From contig CAVWBS010000001.1 of assembly GCA_963753325.1 (NCBI GenBank), forward strand, positions 1,642,297-1,706,296: DNA of 64,000 bases, read 5' to 3'. Positions 32,908-42,028 of this stretch are shown one piece after another (the stretch's first letter is position 1; every line of letters starts with the position of its first letter). Source of the DNA: an uncultured delta proteobacterium (GTDB lineage Bacteria > Desulfobacterota > Binatia > UTPRO1). The notes beneath the pieces were generated by a model. That model saw only the letters and a list, made by a program, of their open reading frames with translations, was not told the origin of the DNA and searched no databases. The position numbers and the translations under genes were made by a program.

Positions 32908-33720
32908 ATGACGCTCTGGAACTGTGACGTGCAGGACGGGATCGCCCTCGCGACGTACGTGAATCCACCGATGAACTATCTCTGCGCCGACGGTACCCGT
33001 GAGCTCGCCGCGCTGATCGACACGTGGCACGACCCCACGATCCGCGCCGTCGTCCTGACGGGTGGTCTCCCCGGCAAGTTCATCACCCACTACAGCGTCG
33101 AGGAGCTGCTGGGGCTCGCGAGCGACCGGGAAGCGCTCCGCGCCGTCGGCACGGCGCTCACGGCGGGCTTCCATGGGATGCTGACGACGCTCCGCGACCT
33201 GCCGAAGCCCGTGATCGCCGCCATGAACGGGGACGCCATGGGCGGCGGCTTCGAGCTCTGCCTGTCCTGCGACCTGCGCGTCGCGCAGCGCGGCGACCAT
33301 CGCTTCGGCCTTCCCGAGGTCAAGCTCGGCATCCTGCCCGGCGGCAGCGGCACGCAGCGGTTGGCGCGCCTCGTCGGCGCGGGGCGCGCGGTCGAGCTGA
33401 TCCTGCGCGGCCGGGTGGTGACGCCGGAGGACGCGCTGGGGCTCGGCCTGGTGCACGAACTCACCGACGACGCCGCCGCGCGCGTCCGGACGATCGCGCG
33501 CGAGATGGCCACCCTGCCGCCAGTCGCGGTCGCGGCCGCGAAGCGCGCCGTCTATGCCGGCAGCGATACCGATCTCCAGACCGGCCTCGACATCGAGGGC
33601 GCGGCGTTCCTCGAAACGATGCTCTCCGACGACGCGCTCGCCGCGATGCGCGCCTATGTGGCGATCCCGCCCGCCGACCGCCGGCGCTGGATCGAGCGCG
33701 CGAGCGTCAGCGGACGGTGA
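32908..33720 (+). CDS. enoyl-CoA hydratase/isomerase family protein
   Basis: Crotonase-fold motifs (AMGGGFELCLSCDLRVA). Confidence 0.8.
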   Translation: MTLWNCDVQDGIALATYVNPPMNYLCADGTRELAALIDTWHDPTIRAVVLTGGLPGKFITHYSVEELLGLASDREALRAVGTALTAGFHGMLTTLRDLPKPVIAAMNGDAMGGGFELCLSCDLRVAQRGDHRFGLPEVKLGILPGGSGTQRLARLVGAGRAVELILRGRVVTPEDALGLGLVHELTDDAAARVRTIAREMATLPPVAVAAAKRAVYAGSDTDLQTGLDIEGAAFLETMLSDDALAAMRAYVAIPPADRRRWIERASVSGR

Positions 33721-34291
33721 CCCGGGCGATGCCGATCATCGCCTCGCGGGTCATGATCGCGGCGAGCTGCTCCGTGCTCCAGCCCTCCGTGCCCTCCGGG
33801 CGAAGCGGCAGCACCAGGTAGCGCGTCTCACCGCTCGTGTCCCACACGCGCACCGCGACGCCCTCGGGGAGGTCGAGTCCCATCTCGCGCAGCAGCGACC
33901 GCGGCTCGCGCACCAGACGGGCGCGGTATGCGGGGCTCTTGTACCAGTCGGGAGGCAGGCCGAGCAGCGACCATGCGGTGCACGAGCACTGCGTACAGAC
34001 GATCGCGTTGTGCACGGTCGGGGTGTTCTCGAGAACGACGATGGACCGCTCATACCCGAGCTCGGCGCAGGCCGCGGTGCCGTCGGCGAGGAGCCGGGCA
34101 CGATAGGCGTGGTCGGTCCACGCGCGCGCCACCACGCATGCTCCGTTCCGCGGGCGCAGCTCCTCGATGTCCGCGATGGCGCCTTCGAGGAAGGCCTCGG
34201 GCACGAGCCCGCGCGCCGTCAACGCGCCCGCGAGCGCGTCCACCCGGGCAGCGATCGGCGCCGGCGGCACGGGGCGGCGCGGATCACTCAC
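33707..34291 (-). CDS. nitrile hydratase alpha-subunit-like protein (NHase/SCNase alpha family)
   Basis: Metal-binding motif VCTQCSCTAWSLLG resembles NHase alpha CTLCSC (Cys-x-x-Cys-Ser-Cys). Its length of 194 aa is typical of an alpha subunit. It is convergent with the box genes. Confidence 0.7.
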   Translation of the reverse strand: MSDPRRPVPPAPIAARVDALAGALTARGLVPEAFLEGAIADIEELRPRNGACVVARAWTDHAYRARLLADGTAACAELGYERSIVVLENTPTVHNAIVCTQCSCTAWSLLGLPPDWYKSPAYRARLVREPRSLLREMGLDLPEGVAVRVWDTSGETRYLVLPLRPEGTEGWSTEQLAAIMTREAMIGIARVTVR

Positions 34292-34888
34292 GCGGCACCT
34301 CCAGATAGCTCTCCCACAGGTCGACGATCACCGACTCGTCCGACCCACCCTCGTTGCTCCACAGCTCCTTCGCCGCGAACTCCACGTGGTACGTCTGCTC
34401 GCGCGGGGCGCGGTGCCCGTGGCCGGCCGCGTCGGGCAGGACGAAGTGTGGCGTCACGCGCACGACGATGCCCCGCTTTCCCCGCACGTAGCGCGGCGCA
34501 CGCGTGTGGCCGCACGTGCGCGCGTCCCGTACGCGGACCGGATCGCCGACGGCGAACCGGGCGGGCGTGTCGGGCGCCGCGGCGGCCGGCGCGATCGACG
34601 CCGCCGCTCGCGAGAGCGGCACCCGCCCGCCCGTCGCTCCAGCTCCTCGCGCGTGACGACGCCCTTCTCCACCAACAACGACGCGACGCCGGTGAACCAG
34701 CGCTCGTAGTACGACGCCGCGAGGTAGTGGGCGGGGTCGATGCGCTCGACCGCGTGGCGATACTCGTGCACGTTGTACGCGCGCAGGACCGCGAGGCCGA
34801 GGACGTTGAGCGCGAAGGCGCGCGCCTCCCAGGGTTCGTGGAAGACCGGCTCGTCGCGCTCCCTCTCGATCGCGCCGAAGCCGCTCAT
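34284..34888 (-). pseudogene. nitrile hydratase beta-subunit-like gene disrupted by a -1 frame change in a GGGCGGGCGGG run (or naturally split beta)
   Basis: The N-terminal domain (MSGFGAIERERDEPVFHEPWEARAFAL...SYYERW) is in the frame of ORF 34454..36658. The C-terminal domain (FAVGDPVRVRD...YVRGKRGIVVRV...YHVEF) is in ORF 34284..34622. The junction at about 34622-34632 lies in a G-run, and the N-terminal frame has no proper stop. Confidence 0.6.
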
Positions 34889-35017
34889 GCCGCCGAGACC
34901 GTGAATGCCGTCCACGCGAGCCTCCACACCGCGCCTATCACCGCCGGTCCGGCCGCGTCCGCCGCGCGACGGCCCCCGGCTCCACCCCGCCCCCCTTTCG
35001 TGACAGACTCGGAGCGG

Positions 35018-35338
35018 ATGCCGGAGCCTGCCGCGAGATGCTGGAGCTGCAACGGGCCGATCGACGATGCGGACCGCTATTGCCGACACTGCGGCCAGGG
35101 CCGCGGCGCCGCGCTCGCGTGGTACTACCGGCCGTTCTGGATCGTCGTGCTCGCGCTGACGGCGCTCGGACCCTTCGTGCTGCCGCTCGTCTGGCGGACG
35201 CCCCGCCTCGACCGGCCCGCCAAATGGGTCGCGACGATCGTCGTGCTGGTGGTGTCCGCCTATCTCGCGTGGGAGTTCGTCGCCACCGTGCGGCAGCTGG
35301 GCGACCTGCTCGGAGGGGGTGACGTCTCGTTGACTTGA
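35018..35338 (+). CDS. zinc-ribbon domain membrane protein (hypothetical)
   Basis: CxxC...CxxC ribbon (CWSCNG...CRHCG) followed by 2 TM helices. GGAGCGG RBS and high GC3. Confidence 0.5.
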   Translation: MPEPAARCWSCNGPIDDADRYCRHCGQGRGAALAWYYRPFWIVVLALTALGPFVLPLVWRTPRLDRPAKWVATIVVLVVSAYLAWEFVATVRQLGDLLGGGDVSLT

Positions 35339-35512
35339 CTTCGCCAATGGCCAGTTTGGCGAATCATGCCGACGAGGCCCGAGGTTCCCCACCCGCGCCG
35401 CGCTGGGTCGCGCGAAGCGCCTCAAGCAGTGGACGTTCCACCAGCGTGACGAGCGGCGGATCGCCGCCGCCACACGCGCGCTCCAATCCGCATGGTGAGA
35501 CAGGAGGACGCG

Positions 35513-36370
35513 ATGAAGCCCCTCGCCTTCCGGCAGGTCGACGTGTTCACCAAGGTGCCGTTCCGCGGCAATCCCGTCGCCGTGGTGCTCGCCGGCGACG
35601 GCCTCTCCGACGAGCGGATGCAGGCCGTCGCCCGCTGGACGAACCTCTCCGAGACCACGTTCGTCTGCGCGCCCCGCGATCCGGCCGCCGACTACCGGCT
35701 GCGCATCTTCACGCCGCGCCGCGAGCTGCCCTTCGCCGGCCACCCGACGATCGGGTCGGCGCACGCGGTGCTGCGCCACGGCCTCATCCCGCGGACGGCC
35801 GGACGCCTCGTGCAGGAGTGCGCCAAGGGACGCATCGAGCTCACGATCGACGGCGATTGTCTGCTGCTGGCCCTGCCGGCCGCCGGTATCCGCACGCCGA
35901 CGCCGGCGCAGCTCGCCGCGGTTGCGGCGGGTCTCGGGGTCCCGCCCGACGGCATCCTGAGCGCCGCGATCATCGACGTCGGGCCGGTGTGGTTCACGGC
36001 GCAGCTCGCGAGCGCGGACGTCGTGCGCGCGCTGACGCCCGACATGCAGCGGCTCTCCGCCGGCGAGGCGATCGGCGCCCACGGCGTCACCGTCTTCGGC
36101 CTCTGCCCGTCCGGCGCCGACTCGGACGTCGAGGTCCGGTCGTTCGCGCCCGGCGACGGCATTCCCGAGGACCCCGTCTGCGGCAGCGGCAACGGCTGCG
36201 TCGCGGTGCTCGTCCGCCGCGAGGGGCTGTTGCGGCAACGCGCGTACGTCGCCACCCAGGGGCGCTGCCTCGGACGCGACGGCCGGGTCGCGGTACGCCT
36301 CGACGAGGACGGCACGATCTGGCTCGGCGGCCACACGGTCACCTGCGTCGAGGGCGTGCTGCACGTCTGA
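35513..36370 (+). CDS. PhzF-family isomerase (phenazine biosynthesis-like protein)
   Basis: PhzF/DAP-epimerase-like fold (FRQVDVFT...GNPVAVV...SETTF). Confidence 0.85.
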   Translation: MKPLAFRQVDVFTKVPFRGNPVAVVLAGDGLSDERMQAVARWTNLSETTFVCAPRDPAADYRLRIFTPRRELPFAGHPTIGSAHAVLRHGLIPRTAGRLVQECAKGRIELTIDGDCLLLALPAAGIRTPTPAQLAAVAAGLGVPPDGILSAAIIDVGPVWFTAQLASADVVRALTPDMQRLSAGEAIGAHGVTVFGLCPSGADSDVEVRSFAPGDGIPEDPVCGSGNGCVAVLVRREGLLRQRAYVATQGRCLGRDGRVAVRLDEDGTIWLGGHTVTCVEGVLHV

Positions 36371-36482
36371 AGGCCGACGGCCCCTTGGAGCACCGGGCGG
36401 GTTGGTTCGGGTCGGCGGAGCACGTAAGGTCCGGCTCAGCGACGTCCGCCACCCGGCGCGTCGAGCGACGGAGGGACCAGCC

Positions 36483-37490
36483 ATGCCCGACACGAACCGA
36501 CAATGGATCCTCGTGAAGCGGCCCGAGGGCCCGCTCACCGACGACTGCTTCGCGCTGCGCCAGGGTCCCGTGCCCGCGCCGCGCGCGGGCGAGTTCGTCG
36601 TCCGCAACGAGCTCCTGTCGTGCGACCCGACGCAGCGGGCCTGGATCGAGATCGACACGTATCTCCCGAAGGTGCCGCTCGGCGAGGTGGTGCGCGCCGC
36701 CGCGGCCGGGCGGGTCGTCGCCTCGCAGCACCCGGACTTCGCGGTGGGCGACGCCGTCCAGGGCGGCTTCGGGTGGCAGGACTACTGCGTCACCGACGGC
36801 AAGGGCCCGCTCGGCGCCATCAAGCTGCCGCCCGGCGTGCCGCTCGAGACCGCGCTCAGCCTGTTCGGCATCACCGGCCTCACGGCGTATTTCGGGATGG
36901 TCGACGTCGCGGCGGTCAAGGCGGGCGACACGGTCGTCGTCTCGGGCGCGGCAGGCTCGACCGGCTCGCTCGCGGCGCAGATCGCCAAGAATCTCGGCGC
37001 CACCGTGATCGGTATCGCCGGGGGCGCGAAGAAGAAGGCCTGGTTGACGGGCGAGCTCAAGCTCGACGCGGCCATCGACTACAAGAGCGAGGACGTCGCC
37101 GCGCGCCTGAAGGCGCTCGCGCCGAAGGGCCTGAGCGTCTACTTCGACAACGTCGGGGGCACGATCCTCGAAGCCGCCCTCGACAACCTCGCGATCGGCG
37201 CGCGCATCGCGCTCTGCGGCGCGATCGCCGGCTACGACGACCACTCGAAGGCGCACGGCCCGGCAAACTACACCAACCTGATCATCTACCGCGCCACCAT
37301 GCGCGGCTTCCTCGTCCTCGACTTCCTCGATCGCGCCATGGAGGCGGTCGGACGCCTCATGCAGTGGTCGGCGGAGGGCAAACTGGTGAACGCGGTGGAC
37401 GTCGCCGAGGGTCTCGAGCAGACTCCCCGGGCGTTCCGCAATCTCTTCACCGGCGGCAACCTCGGCAAGCAGCTCGTCCGCATCGCCTGA
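36483..37490 (+). CDS. NADP-dependent oxidoreductase, MDR superfamily (prostaglandin reductase/YncB-like)
   Basis: Zinc-free MDR with cofactor motif VVVSGAAGSTGS. Confidence 0.85.
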   Translation: MPDTNRQWILVKRPEGPLTDDCFALRQGPVPAPRAGEFVVRNELLSCDPTQRAWIEIDTYLPKVPLGEVVRAAAAGRVVASQHPDFAVGDAVQGGFGWQDYCVTDGKGPLGAIKLPPGVPLETALSLFGITGLTAYFGMVDVAAVKAGDTVVVSGAAGSTGSLAAQIAKNLGATVIGIAGGAKKKAWLTGELKLDAAIDYKSEDVAARLKALAPKGLSVYFDNVGGTILEAALDNLAIGARIALCGAIAGYDDHSKAHGPANYTNLIIYRATMRGFLVLDFLDRAMEAVGRLMQWSAEGKLVNAVDVAEGLEQTPRAFRNLFTGGNLGKQLVRIA

Positions 37491-37500
37491 AGGAGACCCG

Positions 37501-38136
37501 ATGATCGACCTCCACACCTGGACCACCCCGAATGGACGGAAGGTCTCCATCATGCTCGAGGAGGTCGGCCTGCCCTACAAGGTCATTCCGGTGAACCTCG
37601 CCCAGAACGAGCAGGCGACCCCCGGGTTCACCGCCATCAACCCGAACCAGAAGATCCCCGCCATCATCGACCACGACGTCGCCGGCGGTCCGCTCGCGAT
37701 CTTCGAATCCGGCGCGATCCTCGTGCATCTCGCGGAGAAGACCGGCCGTCTCCTGCCGCGCGACGTGCGCGCGCGCGCCGCCGTGATGCAGTGGCTGATG
37801 TACCAGATGAGCCACGTCGGCCCGATCCTCGGCCAGACGGGGCATTTCGTGAACCAGGCGCCGGAGAAGATCCCGTACGCCATCCAACGCTTCATCGGCG
37901 AGTCGGTACGCATCCTCGGCGTCCTGAACGTCGGCCTCGCCGACCACGAGCACCTGGCCGGCGACTACTCGATCGCCGACATCGCGACCTACCCGTGGGT
38001 GGTCGCCGCCTGGGGACCCTTCCAGTCGATGATGCCCGAGAAGGTCGCCGAGTTCGGCAGCGTGCGGCGCTGGCTCGACGGGGTCGGCGCCCGGCCGGCG
38101 GTGCAGCGCGGCATGGCCGTGCCGGCCGGGTCATAG
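37501..38136 (+). CDS. glutathione S-transferase (Nu/YfcG-like)
   Basis: GST N- and C-terminal domains. Confidence 0.85.
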   Translation: MIDLHTWTTPNGRKVSIMLEEVGLPYKVIPVNLAQNEQATPGFTAINPNQKIPAIIDHDVAGGPLAIFESGAILVHLAEKTGRLLPRDVRARAAVMQWLMYQMSHVGPILGQTGHFVNQAPEKIPYAIQRFIGESVRILGVLNVGLADHEHLAGDYSIADIATYPWVVAAWGPFQSMMPEKVAEFGSVRRWLDGVGARPAVQRGMAVPAGS

Positions 38137-38211
38137 TCGCCACCCGGCCGCAATTTTTGCCAAGAGGCGGCGCCCCCTCCTGCCCTATACGGCGGCAAAG
38201 GAGACGCACGC

Positions 38212-38607
38212 ATGGCTTCCATCCATCGAGAGATCGTCGTCGAGGCGCGCCCCGGGGAGGTGTGGGACGCGATACGCGACCTGGGCGCGATCCACGACCG
38301 GCTCGCGCCGGGGTTCGTCGTCGCCACCCGCCTGGAAGAGGGGGCGCGCATCGTGACCTTCGGGAACGGGCTCGTGGCGCGCGAGCTGATCGTCGACGTC
38401 GACGACGTCGCACGGCGCCTCGTCTGGTCGGTCGTCGGCGGCCGCATGACCCACCACAACGCGTCGCTGCAGGTCTTTCCCGGCGAGGACGATCGCAGCC
38501 GCGTCGTCTGGATCGCCGACCTGCTACCGCACGAGCTCGCACCGGTGATCGCCGGCATGATCGAGCAAGGCATGCGGGTCATGCGACAGACGCTCGAACG
38601 GGGCTGA
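38212..38607 (+). CDS. SRPBCC-family protein (polyketide cyclase/Bet v1-like)
   Basis: 131 aa with an SRPBCC-like fold pattern. Confidence 0.75.
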   Translation: MASIHREIVVEARPGEVWDAIRDLGAIHDRLAPGFVVATRLEEGARIVTFGNGLVARELIVDVDDVARRLVWSVVGGRMTHHNASLQVFPGEDDRSRVVWIADLLPHELAPVIAGMIEQGMRVMRQTLERG

Positions 38608-38622
38608 CGGGCGCGGTTGCCA

Positions 38623-38657
38623 GACACGATCGTGTCCACTACTGACACGATGGTGTC
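38623..38657. promoter_or_regulatory. tandem palindromic operator-like sites GACACGATCGTGTC and GACACGATGGTGTC, 21 bp centre-to-centre
   Basis: The first is a perfect 14-bp palindrome (38623-38636). The second is a near-perfect copy (38644-38657) overlapping the ATG (38650) of the XRE HTH frame, upstream of the porin-modABC genes. Confidence 0.4.
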
Positions 38658-38967
38658 TCCCCTGCGCAACGAGTTGCGGCGCCGGCGCGTCGCGCGCGGC
38701 TGGTCGCAAGCCGACCTCGCCGGGCGGACCGCGCTGTCCCGGGCGGCGATCAGCGCCATCGAGACGCGGCGCGTGGTGCCGTCGACGGCGGCGGCGCGCA
38801 CGCTGACACGCGCCCTCGCCTGCCAGATGGCAAATCTGTTCCACCTCCCTGCCGGCGCGGTGCCGGGCGCGCCCGTCTGGGCGTGGCAGGGCGTTCAGCG
38901 GCCGCTCCCGGTGCGCGCGCGTCGGCGCGCGGACGATCCTCCATCCGGGCGAGCGCTCCGAGGAGCA
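38650..38967 (+). CDS. XRE-family HTH regulator frame with no in-frame stop before the porin gene (possible fusion, lost stop or N-terminal extension)
   Basis: MVSPLRNELRRRRVARGWSQADLAGRTALSRAAISAIETRRVVPSTAAARTLTRAL is a clear HTH_XRE match. The frame runs without a stop into the porin ORF (38617..40416). Confidence 0.4.
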
Positions 38968-40416
38968 TCGGTGAGCGGAACGACCGGGATCGGGCGCTGG
39001 ATCGTCGGAATGGCACTCGCCATGCTCATCGGCACGCCCCGGCCGACGTCGGCGGACGAGGCGCTCTCGGCGAGCGCGCTCGGCAGGATCCTCGTCAAGA
39101 AGGGCCTGATCACGCCGGAGGAGCTGCGGCAGGCCGAAGCGGAAGCCAACCAGACGGGCACGGCGGACGCATCGCGCCTCGAGGCCATCAAGGCGAAGCT
39201 GCCGAGGTGGCTCGACATGGTGACGCCCTTCGGCGACCTCCGTCTGCGGACCGAAGGCTTCTACCAGAGCGAGCTGCCGGCCCGAATGCGTTTCCGGGTC
39301 CGGGCGCGTCTCGGCGCCACGTTCGCGCCGAGTGACGAGGTCAGCGCCACCGTGCGCCTGGCGACCGGCAACCCGAACGATCCCATCTCGAGCAATCAGA
39401 CGCTCGACGGTACATTCACACGCAAGTCGATCAACTTCGACTGGGGCTATCTCACGTTCAAGCCGGGACGACGCATCGGGTCGGAGCCCGGCTGGCTCAC
39501 GGTGACGGCCGGAAAGTTCGGCATCAACGCCTATCGACCGTCCGAGCTCGTGTGGGACGACGACGTGTCCCCCGAAGGCGCGACCGAGACCATGACCCTC
39601 CTCGATCACCGCGACGGCTTCGTCCGCGGCCTGCGCGTGAGCGGATTCCAGTGGATCCTCGACGAGATCGCGGACGGCACCGACCCCTGGATTCCGGGAG
39701 GACGAATCCTCCTCGAGACCGCGCCGAGCAGCGCCAGCAGCTGGACGGTGGCGATCGCCGACTACGACTACCAGCACATCGACGCGGTCGCACGCAAGTT
39801 CCTCAACCCGTTCGCCGATCCGCCGACGGACTCGAAGGCGAACTCGAGCTTCAACAGCCAGCTCGCCAACAGCAACTCGGTGGTGAGGGACGCCAACGGC
39901 ACCATCCTCGGCTACAAATCGGGCTTCAACGTGCTGAACGTGTCGACGGCTCTCGATGCCGCCGATCCCGTCGGCGTACACCTTCCCGCCGGCATCTTCG
40001 GCGATCTCGCGTACAACACGCTGGCCGACGGACGGAATCTCGGATTGTACGTCGGGGCGGGCGTCGGCCGCGCCGGCACGGACTGGTACCGCGACACGCT
40101 GAGGAACCCGGGCGATTGGGGCGTGTCCTATACGTACGCCTGGGTCGAGAAGAACTCGGTGGTGTCGATCCTCGCCTTCAGCGACATCAACGAGTTCTCC
40201 ACGCCGGCGGCGACCGGGACGTCGCGCGCCACCCAGAAGGGCGCCACCAATCTCATGGCGCACATCGTGCGGCTCGACTACGTCCTGCTGCCCAACCTCC
40301 AGCTCACGGCAAAGGCGTACGTCGAGAACGTCCTCGAGAGGAAGATCTCCAACGCCGCGCTCACCGGCAATCCGACGCTGGTGCGGACGCAGCTCGACGC
40401 GATGCTCCGCTTCTGA
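38968..40416 (+). CDS. putative outer-membrane porin (beta-barrel; candidate oxyanion/molybdate porin)
   Basis: GTG start with a GGAG RBS. The signal peptide is GRWIVGMALAMLIGTPRPTSA-DE. Alternating amphipathic beta-strands run throughout, with a C-terminal Phe (…AMLRF). It lies 3 nt upstream of modA. Confidence 0.65.
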   Translation, partial: SVSGTTGIGRWIVGMALAMLIGTPRPTSADEALSASALGRILVKKGLITPEELRQAEAEANQTGTADASRLEAIKAKLPRWLDMVTPFGDLRLRTEGFYQSELPARMRFRVRARLGATFAPSDEVSATVRLATGNPNDPISSNQTLDGTFTRKSINFDWGYLTFKPGRRIGSEPGWLTVTAGKFGINAYRPSELVWDDDVSPEGATETMTLLDHRDGFVRGLRVSGFQWILDEIADGTDPWIPGGRILLETAPSSASSWTVAIADYDYQHIDAVARKFLNPFADPPTDSKANSSFNSQLANSNSVVRDANGTILGYKSGFNVLNVSTALDAADPVGVHLPAGIFGDLAYNTLADGRNLGLYVGAGVGRAGTDWYRDTLRNPGDWGVSYTYAWVEKNSVVSILAFSDINEFSTPAATGTSRATQKGATNLMAHIVRLDYVLLPNLQLTAKAYVENVLERKISNAALTGNPTLVRTQLDAMLRF

Positions 40417-40419
40417 CCG

Positions 40420-41217
40420 ATGCGCTTCGTGACCAGGTCGCCGACGGCATGCCGCCTGGCCGGCGTCGCCGCGTTCCTCTCCGTCGTGCCGACGAGCATG
40501 CCCGCTGCGGCCGTACCGACGCCCGCGACGACGCAGCGGCCGACCGGAACCGTCACGGTGTTCGCCGCAGCGTCACTGACGGCGGCCTTCCAGTCCGTGG
40601 CGACCGCGTTCGAGCGCGCGCACGCCGGCGCGTACGTGCGGCTCAACTTCGCCGGCTCGCCGATCCTGGTGCGGCAGATCGCGGAGGGGGCGCCGGCCGA
40701 CGTGTTCGCCGCCGCCGACGAGGCGAACATGCAGAAGGTCGTGGACGCCGGCGACGCAGCGGGCGCGCCGGCGACCTTCACGCGCAACGCGCTGCAGATC
40801 GCCGTGGCGCCGGACAACCCGAAGCACGTGGAAGGTCTCGCCGATCTCGGGAGGCCCGGCCTCGTCGTCGCGCTCTGCGGACCGACGGTCCCCTGCGGCC
40901 GCTACGCCGCCGAGGCGTTCGCCAAGGCCGGCATCCCGATGCCGGCCGCCAGCCAGGAGACGGACGTCAAAGCGGTCGTCACCAAGGTGGCCCTGGGCGA
41001 GGCGGACGCGGGCGTGATCTATGTCACCGACGTCCGCGCCGCGGCCGGCAAGGTCGCGGGCGTGGTCATTCCCGAACCGACCAACGTCGTGGCGCGCTAT
41101 CCGATCGTGGCGCTCGCCCACGCGCCAAACCCGAGCGCCGCGGCGGCGTTCGTCGCGTTCGCGCTCTCCGCCGAGAGCCAGCGGATCCTCGGAACGCTCG
41201 GCTTCTTGCCGAGGTGA
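40420..41217 (+). CDS. modA: molybdate ABC transporter substrate-binding protein ModA
   Basis: ModA periplasmic binding fold with signal peptide. Confidence 0.9.
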   Translation: MRFVTRSPTACRLAGVAAFLSVVPTSMPAAAVPTPATTQRPTGTVTVFAAASLTAAFQSVATAFERAHAGAYVRLNFAGSPILVRQIAEGAPADVFAAADEANMQKVVDAGDAAGAPATFTRNALQIAVAPDNPKHVEGLADLGRPGLVVALCGPTVPCGRYAAEAFAKAGIPMPAASQETDVKAVVTKVALGEADAGVIYVTDVRAAAGKVAGVVIPEPTNVVARYPIVALAHAPNPSAAAAFVAFALSAESQRILGTLGFLPR

Positions 41218-41218
41218 G

Positions 41219-42028
41219 ATGGCCCGCCGGGGGGTCCGTCAGGCGCGTCGCGGCACCGTCCCGCATCTCGCCGTCGCCGTCGCGGGCGCCGGCGCGGCGC
41301 TGTTCGCCCTGCCCCTCCTCGGTCTCCTGTGGCGCGCCGTGGAGACGGACGTCTGGGCGGCGCTCACCACCCCCGCGGCACGCACCGCGCTCTGGCTGTC
41401 GCTGCTCTGCTCGCTCTCCGCAACCGTCTGCGCGATGCTGCTCGGGCTGCCGCTCGCCTGGGTGCAGGCGCGCCTCAATTTCCGCGGCCGCGCCCTGCTC
41501 CGCGGTCTGACGCTCCTGCCGATCGTCCTGCCGCCGGTGGTGGGCGGCGTCGCGTTGTTGGCGGCCTTCGGGCGGCGCGGGCTCGTCGGCCAATGGCTCG
41601 ATCGAGCGCTCGGCGTGCGCCTGCCGTTCACGACGCCGGGCGCGGTGCTTGCCGAGACGTTCGTCGCGATGCCGTTCTTCGTGCTCACGGTCGAGGCCGC
41701 CCTGCGCGGCATCGATACGCGCCTGGAGGACGCGGCACGCACGCTCGGCGCCAGCCCCTGGACGGTCTTCCGGCGGGTGACCGTTCCGCTCATCCGCCCG
41801 TCGATCCTGGCCGGCGCCGCGCTCTGCTGGGCCCGCGCCCTCGGCGAGTTCGGCGCCACCATCACGTTCGCCGGCAATTTTCCCGGCCGTACGCAGACGC
41901 TGCCGCTCGCCGTCTACCTCGCCCTGGAGAGCGACCCGAGCTCGGCCATCGTGCTCAGCCTCGTGCTCCTCGGCCTCTCCCTGGCGGTCCTGGTCGCCCT
42001 GCGTGACCGGCTCGGAGGGACGGCGTGA
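41219..42028 (+). CDS. modB: molybdate ABC transporter permease ModB
   Basis: CysTW-type permease with the EAA loop (ARALGEFGATITFAGN). Confidence 0.9.
   Translation: MARRGVRQARRGTVPHLAVAVAGAGAALFALPLLGLLWRAVETDVWAALTTPAARTALWLSLLCSLSATVCAMLLGLPLAWVQARLNFRGRALLRGLTLLPIVLPPVVGGVALLAAFGRRGLVGQWLDRALGVRLPFTTPGAVLAETFVAMPFFVLTVEAALRGIDTRLEDAARTLGASPWTVFRRVTVPLIRPSILAGAALCWARALGEFGATITFAGNFPGRTQTLPLAVYLALESDPSSAIVLSLVLLGLSLAVLVALRDRLGGTA

Noticed and set aside
33554-35338. 594-aa ORF spanning the NHase region
   Set aside because: Only the last 106 codons (from 35018) form a plausible zinc-ribbon membrane protein with an RBS. The rest is antisense to the NHase genes.
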